From Armatimonadota bacterium (GTDB taxonomy: Bacteria > Armatimonadota > SYMT01), in the NCBI GenBank assembly GCA_041690135.1, contig JAWLHY010000006.1, positions 166,327 through 230,326 of the forward strand: 64,000 bases of DNA, in the 5' to 3' direction. Positions 39,528 through 48,157 of this stretch are shown piece after piece (the stretch's first letter is position 1; each line of letters opens with the position of its first letter). The notes beneath the pieces were generated by a model. It made no database searches and was not told the DNA's origin. It saw only the letters and a list, made by a program, of their open reading frames with translations. The position numbers and the translations under genes are program-made.

Positions 39528-40259
39528 ATGCGAAGACAGTTTCCGCAGGAACAGGTAGCCTGGCTGAAGGACGTGTTCGAAGGGTTGAGCGCGGAAGACC
39601 AGGAGTTCTTGCGCGACGCCGGCACGCTCCACGTGCTTGAGGAAGGCGATAACGTGCCGGCCGTACAGGAAGGCATTGTCCGGGTCGAAAGCGGACTGGT
39701 GAAGCTAGCGGTGAGCGCGGAAGACCGCACACTGGCCATTGCGCTCTTCGGACCCAACGATACTTTCTGCACTCCCCTTTACCAAACCTGGGAGAACGAG
39801 CTGTACTATCTCCAGGTACAAGAGCAGAGCGAGGTCCGCGTCATTCCCCAGAGCGCGGTCCTGCAGGTAGCCGCCAAGGATCCCAAGTTCGGCGCGGCCG
39901 TGATGCGGCAGATGAGCCACGGCAACTGGCAGCTTCTCGACACGATCCATCGCCTTAGCTTCTACAACCTGCCGCAGCGTGTAGCCCAGGTACTGGTGAA
40001 CCTGGCCGCGATGTTCGGTATGCCGGACGGCAAGGGCGGCATCAAGCTGGGCCTGCGGCTCACGCAGGAAGAACTGGCCGAACTGGCCGGCGCCCGGCGC
40101 GAGACCCTTAGCACCGTGCTGCAGGAGTTCCGCGAGGACGGCATTCTGGATCTGCGCTACGCGCGGATCGACATCAAAGACCCGGCGGGACTGGAGCGTT
40201 TGGCCGGCAGCGAGCCGTTGCCGTTCCTGAACCGCGAGCGAGCGACAGCAGGCGCTTAA
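39528..40259 (+). CDS. Crp/Fnr family transcriptional regulator
   Basis: VESGLVKL, C-terminal HTH LTQEELAELAGARRETLS. Confidence 0.9.
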   Translation: MRRQFPQEQVAWLKDVFEGLSAEDQEFLRDAGTLHVLEEGDNVPAVQEGIVRVESGLVKLAVSAEDRTLAIALFGPNDTFCTPLYQTWENELYYLQVQEQSEVRVIPQSAVLQVAAKDPKFGAAVMRQMSHGNWQLLDTIHRLSFYNLPQRVAQVLVNLAAMFGMPDGKGGIKLGLRLTQEELAELAGARRETLSTVLQEFREDGILDLRYARIDIKDPAGLERLAGSEPLPFLNRERATAGA

Positions 40260-40283
40260 CTCACGCTTCAAAGCGAAAAGGGT

Positions 40284-40318
40284 TGGGGAGGGAAGTCGTC
40301 GACTTCCCTCCCCATTTT
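40284..40318. terminator. Terminator hairpin between the convergent Crp and KGG genes
   Basis: TGGGGAGGGAAGTCG-T-CGACTTCCCTCCCCA-tttt. Confidence 0.75.
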
Positions 40319-40376
40319 CGTACCGGAATGGAACCAACCCGCGGGCTCGACGCAGGCCTGGCGCCGCGAGGGCGAT

Positions 40377-40685
40377 CTACTTCTCGGTCTCCTCGTCCTG
40401 GGCTTGCTTGCCGCGCTCGATCAACTCTTTGACGCGGTTACCGCCCTTCTTCCCGATCTTCTCGTAGAATTCGGGGCCGTGCTTTTCGGCCGTCGTCTGA
40501 CCGCCCTTTTTACCGATCTCTCCGTAGAAGTCCGGGCCGTATTTCTTGCGGGTCGCTTCCCCGCCCTTGTGGCCGATTTCCGTGTAGAAATCCTTGCCGT
40601 ACTTCGCTTTGACCGTTTCGCCGCCTTTCTTGCCGGCTTCGGCAACGGTCATCTCCTTGCGATCCGAGGTGTCGTCCTTCGCCAT
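40377..40685 (-). CDS. KGG-repeat general stress protein (GsiB/Em-like)
   Basis: MTVAEAGKKGG followed by three FYxxIGxKGG repeats; AGGAG RBS. Confidence 0.9.
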   Translation of the reverse strand: MAKDDTSDRKEMTVAEAGKKGGETVKAKYGKDFYTEIGHKGGEATRKKYGPDFYGEIGKKGGQTTAEKHGPEFYEKIGKKGGNRVKELIERGKQAQDEETEK

Positions 40686-40852
40686 TTGCTCTATCTCCTG
40701 CGGCTGTGAGGTACTGCGGGCTTCAGTGTTCCCGCGCGGGTGCCCGCCAGGGGGTTTCCTGGGATTTGAGGCACCTTTACCACCGGCATTCCGAACCCAA
40801 ACCCGAATAGCGACCGGCCGGACGCAGGTCAGGGTGGCGAACCCCCGGGATT

Positions 40853-40914
40853 GATGAGGATGAGGATGAGGATCCGGGTGGATAAGGACAAGGATAAGGA
40901 TGGATGAAGATGGG
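40853..40914. repeat. Degenerate 6-mer array GAT(G/A)AG
   Basis: gatgag gatgag gatgag gatccg ggtg gataag gacaag gataag gatg gatgaa gatggg. Confidence 0.85.
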
Positions 40915-41160
40915 AGAGTAGACGACTGCGGCTGTCGATTAGAGACGATGGTTCTCTGGACGATGAGGAAGAGACATCCGTGCGCCTGGCCATCGAACCG
41001 TGGTGGGCTGTGACCTGGAGCAGCTGGCTCGCGAGCTAACCGGCGCGGAGACCGCCGAACTGCGGGGTGGCTGGTCCTGGGGCGTAACCCAGATGGGAAG
41101 CCACGAACTGATGCAAGCCTTCCAGTTCATTATGTAACGGGCCGAAGGTCCTGGTGACCC

Positions 41161-41685
41161 TCACGAGAGCGGACGGATACCACTGTCCGCTCTCGCTTGC
41201 CGAAGCCCCTCACGCTCCCCCCAGCGCAATATTGCGGCAAACAGTTCTGCTTCGGCTTCGGGTGCGCCGAAAAGCGGCACAAGCAACACCAGTGGAAGGA
41301 AAAAACCCGGCGCGCTACACCCAATCAGGCTCAGACCCGTCCAGAAGAGCACCAGGCAATCGGACAGGAGACCAAACAGCAGCAGGCAGGCTCCGCAGAC
41401 AGCCGCCACGCTTCCGACGCGTGCCGACCACAGTTTCCACCAGTCGAACACCAATGGTTGGTTGGGCGATGCATCGGAAATACCAGGCAATAGTCCATTG
41501 ATCCGGTCCAGCCGCGCCTTTCGCCACAGCCGGTCGGCCTCACGCGCTGCATCCAGGCGTAAGCCCTTGTCGGGCGATGGGGTCCCAGACGCACGCAGTG
41601 TTCCCGGCGCGGCGCAGCCGCCGGCGTGAGTAGCGCCTTCCGTAGCTTCTCTCCCTTCCCTATGGATTACGTTTCGGTGGCTCAT
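41161..41685 (-). CDS. Possible small membrane protein
   Basis: Two hydrophobic segments in the C-terminal half; start unclear, no family recognised. Confidence 0.4.
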   Translation of the reverse strand: MSHRNVIHREGREATEGATHAGGCAAPGTLRASGTPSPDKGLRLDAAREADRLWRKARLDRINGLLPGISDASPNQPLVFDWWKLWSARVGSVAAVCGACLLLFGLLSDCLVLFWTGLSLIGCSAPGFFLPLVLLVPLFGAPEAEAELFAAILRWGEREGLRQARADSGIRPLS

Positions 41686-41891
41686 CTATTGGGATCAGCG
41701 ATAGAACGGGAGCCCGCGTTCCCCGCACCATCAACGCAGCTCCCAGCTAACTCAAGCCGCAAAATCTGTGGCTGGCAATGCGACCACCCCCGGCAGGACA
41801 CGACGGCACGGGCGCGGAACAGGATATGGGCGAGCCGGGCGTCTTACTCTCCGTACTTCTATCGAAGGCCCGGCGGAAGCGAGCAGTTCAA

Positions 41892-42770
41892 GTGCGTGCT
41901 ATCCAATATGCGGCGCCGCAGTCCCTCGAGGACGCGGTCGCCCTTCTCAACCAGTTCGGTCCCCGCGCCCGGATCCTCGCGGGTGGGACGGACCTGATCG
42001 TGCAGGTCCGCGAGAACGTGCGCGACGTGGACGTTTTTGTCGACGGGAAGAAGATTCCCGAACTGATGCAGTTGACCTTTGACCCGGCCGAGGGGTTGAC
42101 GCTGGGCGCCGCGGTTCCCTGCCACCTCATCTACGGGAATGAAGACATTCAGCGGCACTACCCCGGGCTCGTAGACTCCGCCTCGATCATCGGGGGCACG
42201 GGGATCCAGGGGCGCGCCTCCGTGGGAGGCAACCTGTGCAATTCCGGACCCGCGGCGGACTCGACGCCGGCGCTGATCGCGCTGGGCGCCACGGCCCGCA
42301 TCCTCGGTCCCGGCGGCGAGCGCTCCGTGCCGGTAGAGGAGTTCTGCACCGCGCCGGGGCGCAACGTGCTGCAGCCCGGTGAGTTGCTGGTATCGCTGCG
42401 AATCCCCGCACCGGCACCGCACTCCGGCTCCCGATATCTGCGCTTCATCCCGCGGAACGAGATGGATATCGCGGAGGTAGGCGCCGGCGCGGCCGTGACG
42501 TTGAGCGCGGACGGTAGCCGGATCGAGGCGGCAAGGGTCGCGCTCGGTGCAGTCGCCCCTACTCCGCTCTACGTGGCCGAAGCGGGGGCGGCCCTGGTGG
42601 GACAGGCGCCTACGGACGAGGGCCTCGAAGCCGCCGTTCAGGCAGCCCGCGCCGCCGCCCGACCGATCACCGACATGCGCGGCACGGCCGAGCATCGCCG
42701 CCACCTGGCGGGAGTGCTCACGCGACGAGCCCTCAAGGGAGCCATCGATCGGGCTCTTTCCGGGGCATAG
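41892..42770 (+). CDS. Xanthine/CO dehydrogenase family FAD-binding subunit
   Basis: ILAGGTDL, ASVGGNLCN..PAAD, VALGAVAPTP, PITDMRGTAEHR. Confidence 0.92.
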   Translation: MRAIQYAAPQSLEDAVALLNQFGPRARILAGGTDLIVQVRENVRDVDVFVDGKKIPELMQLTFDPAEGLTLGAAVPCHLIYGNEDIQRHYPGLVDSASIIGGTGIQGRASVGGNLCNSGPAADSTPALIALGATARILGPGGERSVPVEEFCTAPGRNVLQPGELLVSLRIPAPAPHSGSRYLRFIPRNEMDIAEVGAGAAVTLSADGSRIEAARVALGAVAPTPLYVAEAGAALVGQAPTDEGLEAAVQAARAAARPITDMRGTAEHRRHLAGVLTRRALKGAIDRALSGA

Positions 42771-42803
42771 ACAGATTTGAGTTCACAGGGGCCGATATCA
42801 ATA

Positions 42804-42885
42804 TTAGCAGGTTTGCAAGTTGGAAAGTTTGCAGGTTAGGGTGGATCGGATAACCTGCCAACCTGCTAACCTTCAAACCTGCCAA
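42804..42885. repeat. Inverted pair of 8-mer arrays (TTnGCAGG x4 / CCTGCnAA x4) around a 12-nt loop
   Basis: ttagcagg tttgcaag ttggaaag tttgcagg tta [ggtggatcgga-type loop] taa cctgccaa cctgctaa ccttcaaa cctgccaa; arms match at 28/35. Confidence 0.9.
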
Positions 42886-42919
42886 CGCAGCACCCCATTG
42901 TGATTGAACCATCAACATC

Positions 42920-43417
42920 ATGAGTGTACAGATACAATCTGGGCCGGTGGCGGTGAACGCCACGATCAATAATGAGCCGGTGGACTTCCTTTGCGAGCCG
43001 CGGGAGAGCCTGCTGGAGGTCCTGCGGGACCGCCTGGGCCTTACCGGTAGCAAGGAAGGCTGCAACAACGGCAACTGCGGCGCCTGCAATGTGATGCTGG
43101 ATGGCCGCCTCGTCAACTCCTGCTGCGTGCTGGGCGTGGAGTGCCAGGGGACCACGGTTACCACCGTGGAAGGAGTCGGGAGCCCCGAGGGCCTTACCCC
43201 GTTGCAGCAGTGCTTTCTTGAAGGGGCCGCACTCCAATGCGGCATCTGCACGCCGGGCTTCATCGTGGCGGCGCAGGCCCTGCTTGAGAAGAACCCGAAC
43301 CCCACCGAGCACGAAATCCGGTTCTGGCTGGCGGGCAATCTCTGCCGCTGCACCGGATACGACAAGATCGTCCGCGCGGTGCAGGATGCCGCCGCGCAGA
43401 TGCGGGAAGGGAAGTAA
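42920..43417 (+). CDS. Xanthine/CO dehydrogenase family [2Fe-2S] subunit
   Basis: GSKEGCNNGNCGAC, QCGICTPG, GNLCRCTGY. Confidence 0.95.
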   Translation: MSVQIQSGPVAVNATINNEPVDFLCEPRESLLEVLRDRLGLTGSKEGCNNGNCGACNVMLDGRLVNSCCVLGVECQGTTVTTVEGVGSPEGLTPLQQCFLEGAALQCGICTPGFIVAAQALLEKNPNPTEHEIRFWLAGNLCRCTGYDKIVRAVQDAAAQMREGK

Positions 43418-43420
43418 ACG

Positions 43421-45700
43421 ATGGCTACCACCAAGGAAAGCGGTACCGGAAAGTATCGCGTCATCGGCACGCGCCCCGTCCGGCCGGACGGCGTCGATAA
43501 AGTCACCGGGCGCGCGGTTTACGGCGCGGACGTGCAGCTCCCACGCCTGGCGTATGCCGAAGTGCTCCGCAGTCCGCACGCGCACGCACGCATCCGCGGC
43601 ATCGACACCTCGAAGGCGGCTGCCCTTCCGGGCGTGCTGGCAGTTATCACCGCCGCCGATCTGCCCAGTATCCAGGCCATGGCCCATCTGGGTGAAGCGG
43701 GGGTCGTCAATCTTGCCCACATGAGCGCGAACGTATTGGCCCGCGACAAGGCCCTTTACCAGGGCCACGCCGTGGCCGCCGTCGCCGCGCTGAACCCCCA
43801 CGTGGCGGCGGAAGCCCTCAAGCTGATCGAAGTCGACTACGAGCCGCTGCCGCCCGTGATGGATGTTCGCGAGGCGATGAAGGAAGATGCGCCGCTGCTG
43901 CATGAGGACCTCCACACCGACACTGCCGGAGAAAAGTCCGAAAGGCCCAGCAACGTGGCGACCCATCTCATCTTTGAGGAGGGAGATGTAACGGAAGGCT
44001 TTGCCCAGGCCGTCCATGTGGTGGAGCGGGAGTTCTTTACCGCCACCGTCCACCAGGGCTACATCGAGCCTCAGAATGCCACGGCGGAATGGCGCGCGGA
44101 TGGCCAGTTGACCGTCTGGACCAGCACCCAGGGCGCCTTCCCGGTGCGCACCCAGCTCGCGCAGATCCTGCAGCACCCGATCTCGCAGATCAAGGTCATT
44201 CCCTGTGAGATCGGCGGCGGCTTCGGCGGCAAGATCAACGTTTACCTGGAACCCGTGGCCGCCATTCTCTCCCGGAAAACGGGGCGTCCCATCAAGATGA
44301 CGATGGACCGCGCCGAGGTGCTCACCGGCACCGGGCCCACCCCGGGCAGCTACATGCGCGTCAAGATGGGGGTCGATGCCGAGGGCCGCATTACCGCCGC
44401 CGAAGCCGAGATCGCCTTCGAGTCGGGCGGCTATCCCGGCTCCCCCATCGGCGCCGGGTGCATGACCGTGTTCGCGCCGTACAAGCTGGAGAATGTCCGC
44501 ATCGACGGCTACGACGTGCTGGTCAACAAGCCCAAATCGGCGGCTTACCGCGCGCCCGGCGCCACGCAGGCAGAATACGCCTCGGAAACCGTGGTGGATG
44601 AGTTGTGCCGCCTGCTGGGCATGGACCCGCTGGAGTTCCGTTTGAAGAACGGCTCCAAGGAAGGAGACTGGCGAGCGGGTGGACCTCCCTACCAGCGCAT
44701 AGGGAACCTGGAGTGCCTGCAGGCGACCCTGGCTTCCCCCCACTGGCAGACTGCCCTGGAGCGCCAGGGTCCCGATGGTAAGCTGCGGGGGCGGGGGGTG
44801 GCCAGCGGCTACTGGTTCAACATCGGCCTCACCTCGAGCTGCACCGGACGCCTCAACCCGGACGGCACGGTGACCCTGGTGGAGGGCTCCACAGATATCG
44901 GCGGCACCCGCGCGTCCATCGCCATGCAATTCGCGGAAGAGTTCGGTATCGAATACAACGCCGTTTATCCGTCGGTGGTCGATACCGACTCCGTGGGCTA
45001 TACGGAAGTCACTGGTGGCAGCCGCACGACCTATGCGACGGGCTATGCCGCCTACGAGCTGGCTCGCCGCATGAAGGCCCAGATCGTGCAGTCTCTGGCC
45101 AAACATTGGGAGGTGGAGCCGGCTTCCATCCAGGTGGAGGGCGGCGTGTACTCGTTGAACGGTAAGAGCGCCAACCTCACGGAAGTGGCGCAGCTTCTCA
45201 ACGAGTCGGGCGAGCAGGTCCAGATCTCGGTCACCCTGTCTCCCACCGGTCACGGCGGGGCGTTCGCGACCCACATTGCCGACGTGGAAGTGGACCCGGA
45301 GACCGGGAAGGTAGAGATCCTCCGCTACACGGCGGTCCAGGATGCCGGCACCGCCATCCACCCGTCCTACGTGGAAGGGCAGATGCAGGGCGGCGTGGTC
45401 CAGGGAATCGGCTGGGCGCTGAACGAAGAGTACTACTACGACGATCAGGGCCGGATGCGAAACGCCTCTTTCCTGGACTACCGCATCCCGACGGCGCTGG
45501 ACCTTCCGCTCATCGAGACCATCATCGTTGAGGTGCCGAACCCCGGCCATCCGTACGGCGTCCGGGGCGTGGGAGAGGTGCCGATCGTTCCACCGCCCGC
45601 GGCCATCGCCAACGCGATCTACGACGCAGTCGGCGTCCGCCTGCGTACGCTCCCGATGAACCCATCGCGCGTTTGGGAAGCGATGGCTTCCAAGGCGTGA
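43421..45700 (+). CDS. Xanthine dehydrogenase family molybdopterin-binding subunit
   Basis: DKVTGRAVY, IGGGFGGK, AYRAPG, GQMQGGVVQGIG, GVRGVGE. Confidence 0.93.
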   Translation: MATTKESGTGKYRVIGTRPVRPDGVDKVTGRAVYGADVQLPRLAYAEVLRSPHAHARIRGIDTSKAAALPGVLAVITAADLPSIQAMAHLGEAGVVNLAHMSANVLARDKALYQGHAVAAVAALNPHVAAEALKLIEVDYEPLPPVMDVREAMKEDAPLLHEDLHTDTAGEKSERPSNVATHLIFEEGDVTEGFAQAVHVVEREFFTATVHQGYIEPQNATAEWRADGQLTVWTSTQGAFPVRTQLAQILQHPISQIKVIPCEIGGGFGGKINVYLEPVAAILSRKTGRPIKMTMDRAEVLTGTGPTPGSYMRVKMGVDAEGRITAAEAEIAFESGGYPGSPIGAGCMTVFAPYKLENVRIDGYDVLVNKPKSAAYRAPGATQAEYASETVVDELCRLLGMDPLEFRLKNGSKEGDWRAGGPPYQRIGNLECLQATLASPHWQTALERQGPDGKLRGRGVASGYWFNIGLTSSCTGRLNPDGTVTLVEGSTDIGGTRASIAMQFAEEFGIEYNAVYPSVVDTDSVGYTEVTGGSRTTYATGYAAYELARRMKAQIVQSLAKHWEVEPASIQVEGGVYSLNGKSANLTEVAQLLNESGEQVQISVTLSPTGHGGAFATHIADVEVDPETGKVEILRYTAVQDAGTAIHPSYVEGQMQGGVVQGIGWALNEEYYYDDQGRMRNASFLDYRIPTALDLPLIETIIVEVPNPGHPYGVRGVGEVPIVPPPAAIANAIYDAVGVRLRTLPMNPSRVWEAMASKA

Positions 45701-45733
45701 TGCGTCGTCCACGCATCGTCCACATATGCGGTG

Positions 45734-45765
45734 GCGGGGTACGAGGTTTTCACCTCGTACCCCGC
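45734..45765 (+). terminator. 14-bp hairpin after the Mo subunit
   Basis: GCGGGGTACGAGGT-tttc-ACCTCGTACCCCGC; no clear U-tail. Confidence 0.55.
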
Positions 45766-45772
45766 TGTATCG

Positions 45773-45800
45773 AAGGATGAAGGCGGAAGGCGGAAGGATG
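45773..45800. repeat. 4 x 7-mer AAGG(AT/CG)G
   Basis: aaggatg aaggcgg aaggcgg aaggatg. Confidence 0.75.
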
Positions 45801-45938
45801 TAGCAGGCAACCTGTCGCCCTGGATCGGAAGCCTGTGATCTCGCAGTCGTCACGGCTAACCCCGTTCGCCGGTGCTGGTCTCAATTCGGGAGCGGCTGCA
45901 GTTGCCACTGCAGCCGCTCCCGAATTGTCCAACAAGAT

Positions 45939-46020
45939 CCTGAATGCCTGAACGTTTACCCCCACATGGGGGGGCCGATGCCCGACCACCCGAAAACCTG
46001 AACACCTGGAATTCCGAACC
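45939..46020. repeat. Degenerate 8-mer array (CCTGAAYR-like) with central CCCCC-ACAT-GGGGG hairpin, abutting the MoaD-like start
   Basis: cctgaatg cctgaacg [tttacccccacatgggggggccgatg] cccgacca cccgaaaa cctgaaca cctggaat tccgaacc t ATG. Confidence 0.85.
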
Positions 46021-46021
46021 T

Positions 46022-46285
46022 ATGCCCATTCTTTCCATTCCCTCTGCGATGCGGAAGCTCACCGGCGGCCAGTCCCGGGTAGAAGTGCCGGGAAACACCC
46101 TTGGGGAAGCGATCGACCAGCTCGAAGCGCTCTATCCGGGTATCAAGGCGCGGCTGGTGGAAGGGGAGAAGCTCCGCGGCGGTCTCAGCGTGTTCGTCGA
46201 TAACGAGCTTCCCCTGACGGGTCTCCGCACCCGGTTGAAGCCCGAGTCGGAGGTCTATTTTGCACCGGCGATCTCGGGCGGCTAA
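46022..46285 (+). CDS. MoaD/ThiS family sulfur carrier
   Basis: IPSAMRKLTGG, beta-grasp size, C-terminal PAISGG. Confidence 0.9.
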   Translation: MPILSIPSAMRKLTGGQSRVEVPGNTLGEAIDQLEALYPGIKARLVEGEKLRGGLSVFVDNELPLTGLRTRLKPESEVYFAPAISGG

Positions 46286-46410
46286 CGAGCCGGGTTGCTG
46301 ATCGGCCGCTCGTGGTGCGACAATAGAGAGAGCTACCGCTTCCCCCTTAGAGGAGCGACCTCCTCTGACCGCTCTTCATCCTATCCGTCCGCCTGGGAGG
46401 GAACCCCCGG

Positions 46411-47397
46411 ATGTATGCCCGTACCCGCCTCATGTTGGGCCTGACCGCCCTGTCCGCCCTCGTAACCGCCGCAGGCGCAACGCGGCCGACGCTCGCCGCG
46501 CGGAAACTGGAAGGGCCGCGCTATCTCGCCTTGAGTTCCGACCGGCCCAACGGAAGCGGAGGGCTCGACATTTACCTTCACGATCGTCTCACTGGCCATA
46601 TGGTTCCGCTCCCGGGAGCCAACTCGCGTCACGACGAGGTGCGTCCCGTACTCGGGCAAAGCGCGGCCTTGCTGGGATTCACTTCCTATCGCGACGATCC
46701 GGCTGGCAACGCCTTTCTCTACGAGGTGTTCGCGCAGCGACCGGTGGAGATTCCCGGGCTCGACCGGGACGCGGAAGCGACCGAACCTGCCTTCTCCGCG
46801 GATGGACAGGTCTTCGCTTTCGGACGGTCCGCGGCGGCGGCCGGCAAGAACTCGGAAAAGCGAGACCTGGTGGTGTTCAGCCGGCCCTTGGGGCGATACC
46901 TCACACCACTCCGGTTGAACGAGCAGCCCGGCCGCCGTTCCGACGTGACGGTCAGCCCGGACGGAACCTGGTTCGGATACGTCTACCGGCGTGAGAACCC
47001 CCAGGTGCCGGGAACCCTCGTGATTCACGACCTCCTAACTGGGGCCAGCCAGCCCGCGCCCGCACAGGGCATGGCGGGGGAGTGCGCCCACCCCAGTCTC
47101 AGCCGGGAAGGACGATGGGTAGCTTTTGCTTCCCGGGCCACGGAAGACCCGCGCGCGTGGGATGTCTATGTGTACGACCGGGTCGATCAAAAGCTCCTCA
47201 CTACTCCCGGACTGAATTCGAAGGAGGCCGACGGACGACCGGCCCTCTCCGCGGACGGTCGCTTCCTGGCGTTTGAGAGTCGTCGCTCCGGGAACTGGGA
47301 CGTCCTGCTTTACGACCTGAAACGCAGGACCTTCGTCGATCTGCCCGGAATGAACACGCCCGGTATCGACCGACATCCGGCCCTCAGCCAGGAGTAA
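46411..47397 (+). CDS. Exported TolB-like PD40 beta-propeller protein
   Basis: Signal peptide; repeats PAFSADG, VSPDG, PSLSREGRWVAF, PALSADGRFLAFES. Confidence 0.85.
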   Translation: MYARTRLMLGLTALSALVTAAGATRPTLAARKLEGPRYLALSSDRPNGSGGLDIYLHDRLTGHMVPLPGANSRHDEVRPVLGQSAALLGFTSYRDDPAGNAFLYEVFAQRPVEIPGLDRDAEATEPAFSADGQVFAFGRSAAAAGKNSEKRDLVVFSRPLGRYLTPLRLNEQPGRRSDVTVSPDGTWFGYVYRRENPQVPGTLVIHDLLTGASQPAPAQGMAGECAHPSLSREGRWVAFASRATEDPRAWDVYVYDRVDQKLLTTPGLNSKEADGRPALSADGRFLAFESRRSGNWDVLLYDLKRRTFVDLPGMNTPGIDRHPALSQE

Positions 47398-47480
47398 ACA
47401 CCCGAATTCTCGCTTCCCCTGCAGCCGAACAAACCCGAGCTTACCAAGCTGCACTACGTTGGCGCTTCCGGCACATCGTA

Positions 47481-47918
47481 TTGCGATTTGTTATTAAGTC
47501 CTGGGCGGATGTGCCGAGAATCACTTCTGGCGCTTGGGGCGTCCTCAGAAGTCTTGCGAGGTTCTGGTTGATGGGTAGAGAGATACCGGTCAATTCCGGC
47601 TGGCGCGATCACGTCGTGGCCACCAAAACGATGCGCGGGCAGGTGCACCTGCTGCTCTCCATCCGGAAGACGACCTGTGATGACTGTGGTACCGGAATCC
47701 GCTTCGATACCGTCTGGTGCAGCCCCATGGATACCCCGCACGTGTTGTCCTGGTGCTCGACCTGCTTTGACGCCAACTGCATCTGCACGGAGTTGAATGA
47801 AGAGCTGACCCAACTCAGCACGACACTTTTGGATCGTCACACGCGAGGCCTGGATGTTCCCTACTGGAATAGCGCCCGCCCCGCTATCGAGGACCTGGAA
47901 CGGCGAGGCCTCCTGTAG
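47481..47918 (+). CDS. Small Cys-rich hypothetical protein (putative Zn binding)
   Basis: CDDC, WC, CSTC, CIC; followed by a terminator; start uncertain. Confidence 0.55.
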   Translation: MRFVIKSWADVPRITSGAWGVLRSLARFWLMGREIPVNSGWRDHVVATKTMRGQVHLLLSIRKTTCDDCGTGIRFDTVWCSPMDTPHVLSWCSTCFDANCICTELNEELTQLSTTLLDRHTRGLDVPYWNSARPAIEDLERRGLL

Positions 47919-47944
47919 GCTCGCTGAACAACCCTCTTCTACAC

Positions 47945-47971
47945 AAGCGAGCCGTAGCGGCTCGCTTTTTT
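47945..47971 (+). terminator. Rho-independent terminator
   Basis: AAGCGAGCCG-tag-CGGCTCGCTT-TTTT. Confidence 0.8.
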
Positions 47972-48157
47972 GCTTCTTCCCCGCCGAACAAGCAGGTCGT
48001 TTTGGGTGATCCTGTTAAGGGCTATATCAGAAGGGTACGATAGGGTTGTGCGGCGGTCGCTCGCCTGAACGGTTAGCGAGGCAAAGCAGCCTCGCCCCCT
48101 CACCCCGCACCTACCCTGATTGAACGACGCCCCGCATGGGGACCCGAAAGGAACCTG

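Noticed and set aside
40400-40640. About 60-bp DNA periodicity
   Set aside because: Explained by the 20-aa KGG protein repeats.
43421-45700. Aerobic CO dehydrogenase (coxL)
   Set aside because: The active-site loop AYRAPG lacks the CSFR Cu-binding motif, and no coxDEFG genes are present.
42866-45853. 995-aa antisense ORF and similar long opposite-strand ORFs (3646-5622, 50638-52773, 54299-56197, 37326-38927)
   Set aside because: These are shadows of well-supported genes, expected from high-GC codon bias; no motifs recognised.
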